Below are positions 62,880 through 64,000 of a stretch of 64,000 nucleotides of DNA, one piece after another. The stretch comes from Balamuthia mandrillaris (taxonomy: Eukaryota), in NCBI GenBank assembly GCA_031835245.2, contig JAVKOQ020000035.1, positions 62,001 through 126,000 on the forward strand, given 5' to 3'. Positions within the stretch are counted from its first letter, which is position 1. The number at the start of each line of letters is the position of its first letter. The notes under the pieces are model-generated. The model was not told the DNA's origin. It saw only the letters and a program-made list of their open reading frames with translations, and searched no databases. Made by a program: the position numbers and the translations under genes.

Positions 62880-63066
62880 CCCCCCTCCATTCTCTCTCTT
62901 GTTTCCCGTTTTAGTGGTGGACATATTGACCGAGGTAGCAGAGAACGGGGACTGGGAGGCTGCTTTTGATCGACACGTTCCCGTGCGCAAAGTCTATCAG
63001 CACTCCGCTTTGCGAAAACAAGAAAACGAAAATGAAAACGAAAATGAAAACGAAAAAGAGAACTAA
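61440..63066 (+). CDS. TRMT10: tRNA (purine-9-N1)-methyltransferase Trm10, multi-exon
   Basis: VVVDLSFD; VANQINFCYG; LVYLSPDAETVL...IYIVGGIAD; SARLPL...VLNINH|VVDIL...DWEAAF..HVPVRK. Confidence 0.93.
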
Positions 63067-63186
63067 AAATAATAATAGGTTGACACCATATCACCACGAT
63101 AATAGGCTAATAGTTTCATATTCGTGACGACGTGGGGAAAGTGTCGACAAGAATACCAAGCTGAAAGAAAAGAAAAAAAAGTAGCG

Positions 63187-64000
63187 ATGAAGAAGGCGAC
63201 CACATGGGAGGAAGCAGAGCTGAAGCTCAAGCTGCTGCTGAAGGAGCTGCGGTGGACAGAAGAAGAGCTGTTCACGGGTTCCGATGAAGAAGGGGACAGA
63301 GGGGAAGAAGATCATGAACGGAAGCGAAAAAAGGCCGAGGAGGAAGAAAAAGATTTACTGCGCTCACACGAGACCGCTAGAAAACTACTCTACGCAGATG
63401 CTCCTGGAGTCGTTTGCTTCCCGTACGTGCACCCCTAGCCTTCTCCTTCTTTTTCTTCTTTCTTCTTGTTTATTCACGACTATATTTTTAAAACATCAAA
63501 AACAGAACATCAAAATTCTTCGATTACTCAAACTGCGTAGCAGAAGCAAAACGAACGAAAGCCGCAAGACCTGATTTCAAAGATGCTTCGCTGGACCTAT
63601 TTCTTTCATCTTCCGCTTCTGCTTCTGCTTCTTCATCGTCAACAACGGGAGACAAAACACAGCTCCAACTGTTGGCTGAGCAAAGAGACTATAAACGCCG
63701 ACGACGGTCGTACCGCGCAAAGAACGTTCACATCACGAAACGAACTCCCATTCAGGTTTCCTTTCTTCTTGTTCTTCTTCTTCTTCTTCTTGTTCTTCTT
63801 CTCCTTGTCGTCCCCTTCTCCTTCTCCTTCTCCTTCTCCTTCTCCTTCTCCTTCTCCTTCTCCTTCTCCTCCTCCCTGTTCTTTGTTCTCTTCTCTTGCT
63901 TTTCTCTCAACTAACAGTCGTTTTGCTTGCTGAAAAATAAAGGTTACAAGGGACTTTATCAACAAGCGCATGGAAGAACTTGAAGCCATCCTCCTGCAGC
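63187..64000 (+). CDS. SNRNP48: U11/U12 snRNP 48 kDa protein, 3'-partial
   Basis: LLAEQRDYKRRRRSYRAKNVHITKRTPIQ|VTRDFINKRMEEL closely matches the conserved U11-48K block as I recall it (LAEVRDYKRRRQSYRAKNVHITKKSYTEVIRDVI). Confidence 0.87.

Noticed and set aside
1..64000. CRISPR arrays, transposases, integrases, viral core genes
   Set aside because: None seen; the repeats are simple microsatellites or protein-coding repeats.

Overview
Gene-dense eukaryotic DNA with short GT-AG introns, many filled with microsatellites. Gene content and intron style suggest a free-living amoebozoan, possibly Balamuthia-like (inference only). Protein genes, in order: a histidine kinase (partial), BRCA2, CSN7, a PPEF/rdgC phosphatase, an F-box/ankyrin gene, a bacterial-type homoserine kinase, a mitochondrial carrier, a SWIM-finger protein, an LRMDA-like LRR protein, an unassigned protein, a CAMK-like kinase, SLX1, a gamma-glutamyl carboxylase homologue, PI4K-beta, a PH/F-box/ankyrin/pseudo-G-alpha fusion, Rac, an LRR relic, four tandem secreted 8-Cys paralogues, COG1, a second F-box/ankyrin gene, TRMT10 and SNRNP48 (partial). 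Four tRNA-Thr genes lie in a mirror arrangement. Most notable: (1) an unannotated ~450-nt nested-helix element ending in T6 between two tRNA-Thr genes, a candidate novel Pol III ncRNA containing a 43-bp hairpin; (2) BRCA2 with 19 BRC repeats, including a triplicated three-repeat cassette; (3) the fusion protein, whose G-alpha domain lacks the helical domain and nucleotide-binding motifs; (4) the secreted family, which shares a terminal A-S-x-phi-x-P-F-W-phi motif that may be a sorting signal; (5) SNRNP48 apparently lacking its CHHC zinc finger. All exon boundaries were inferred by eye and no searches were run.
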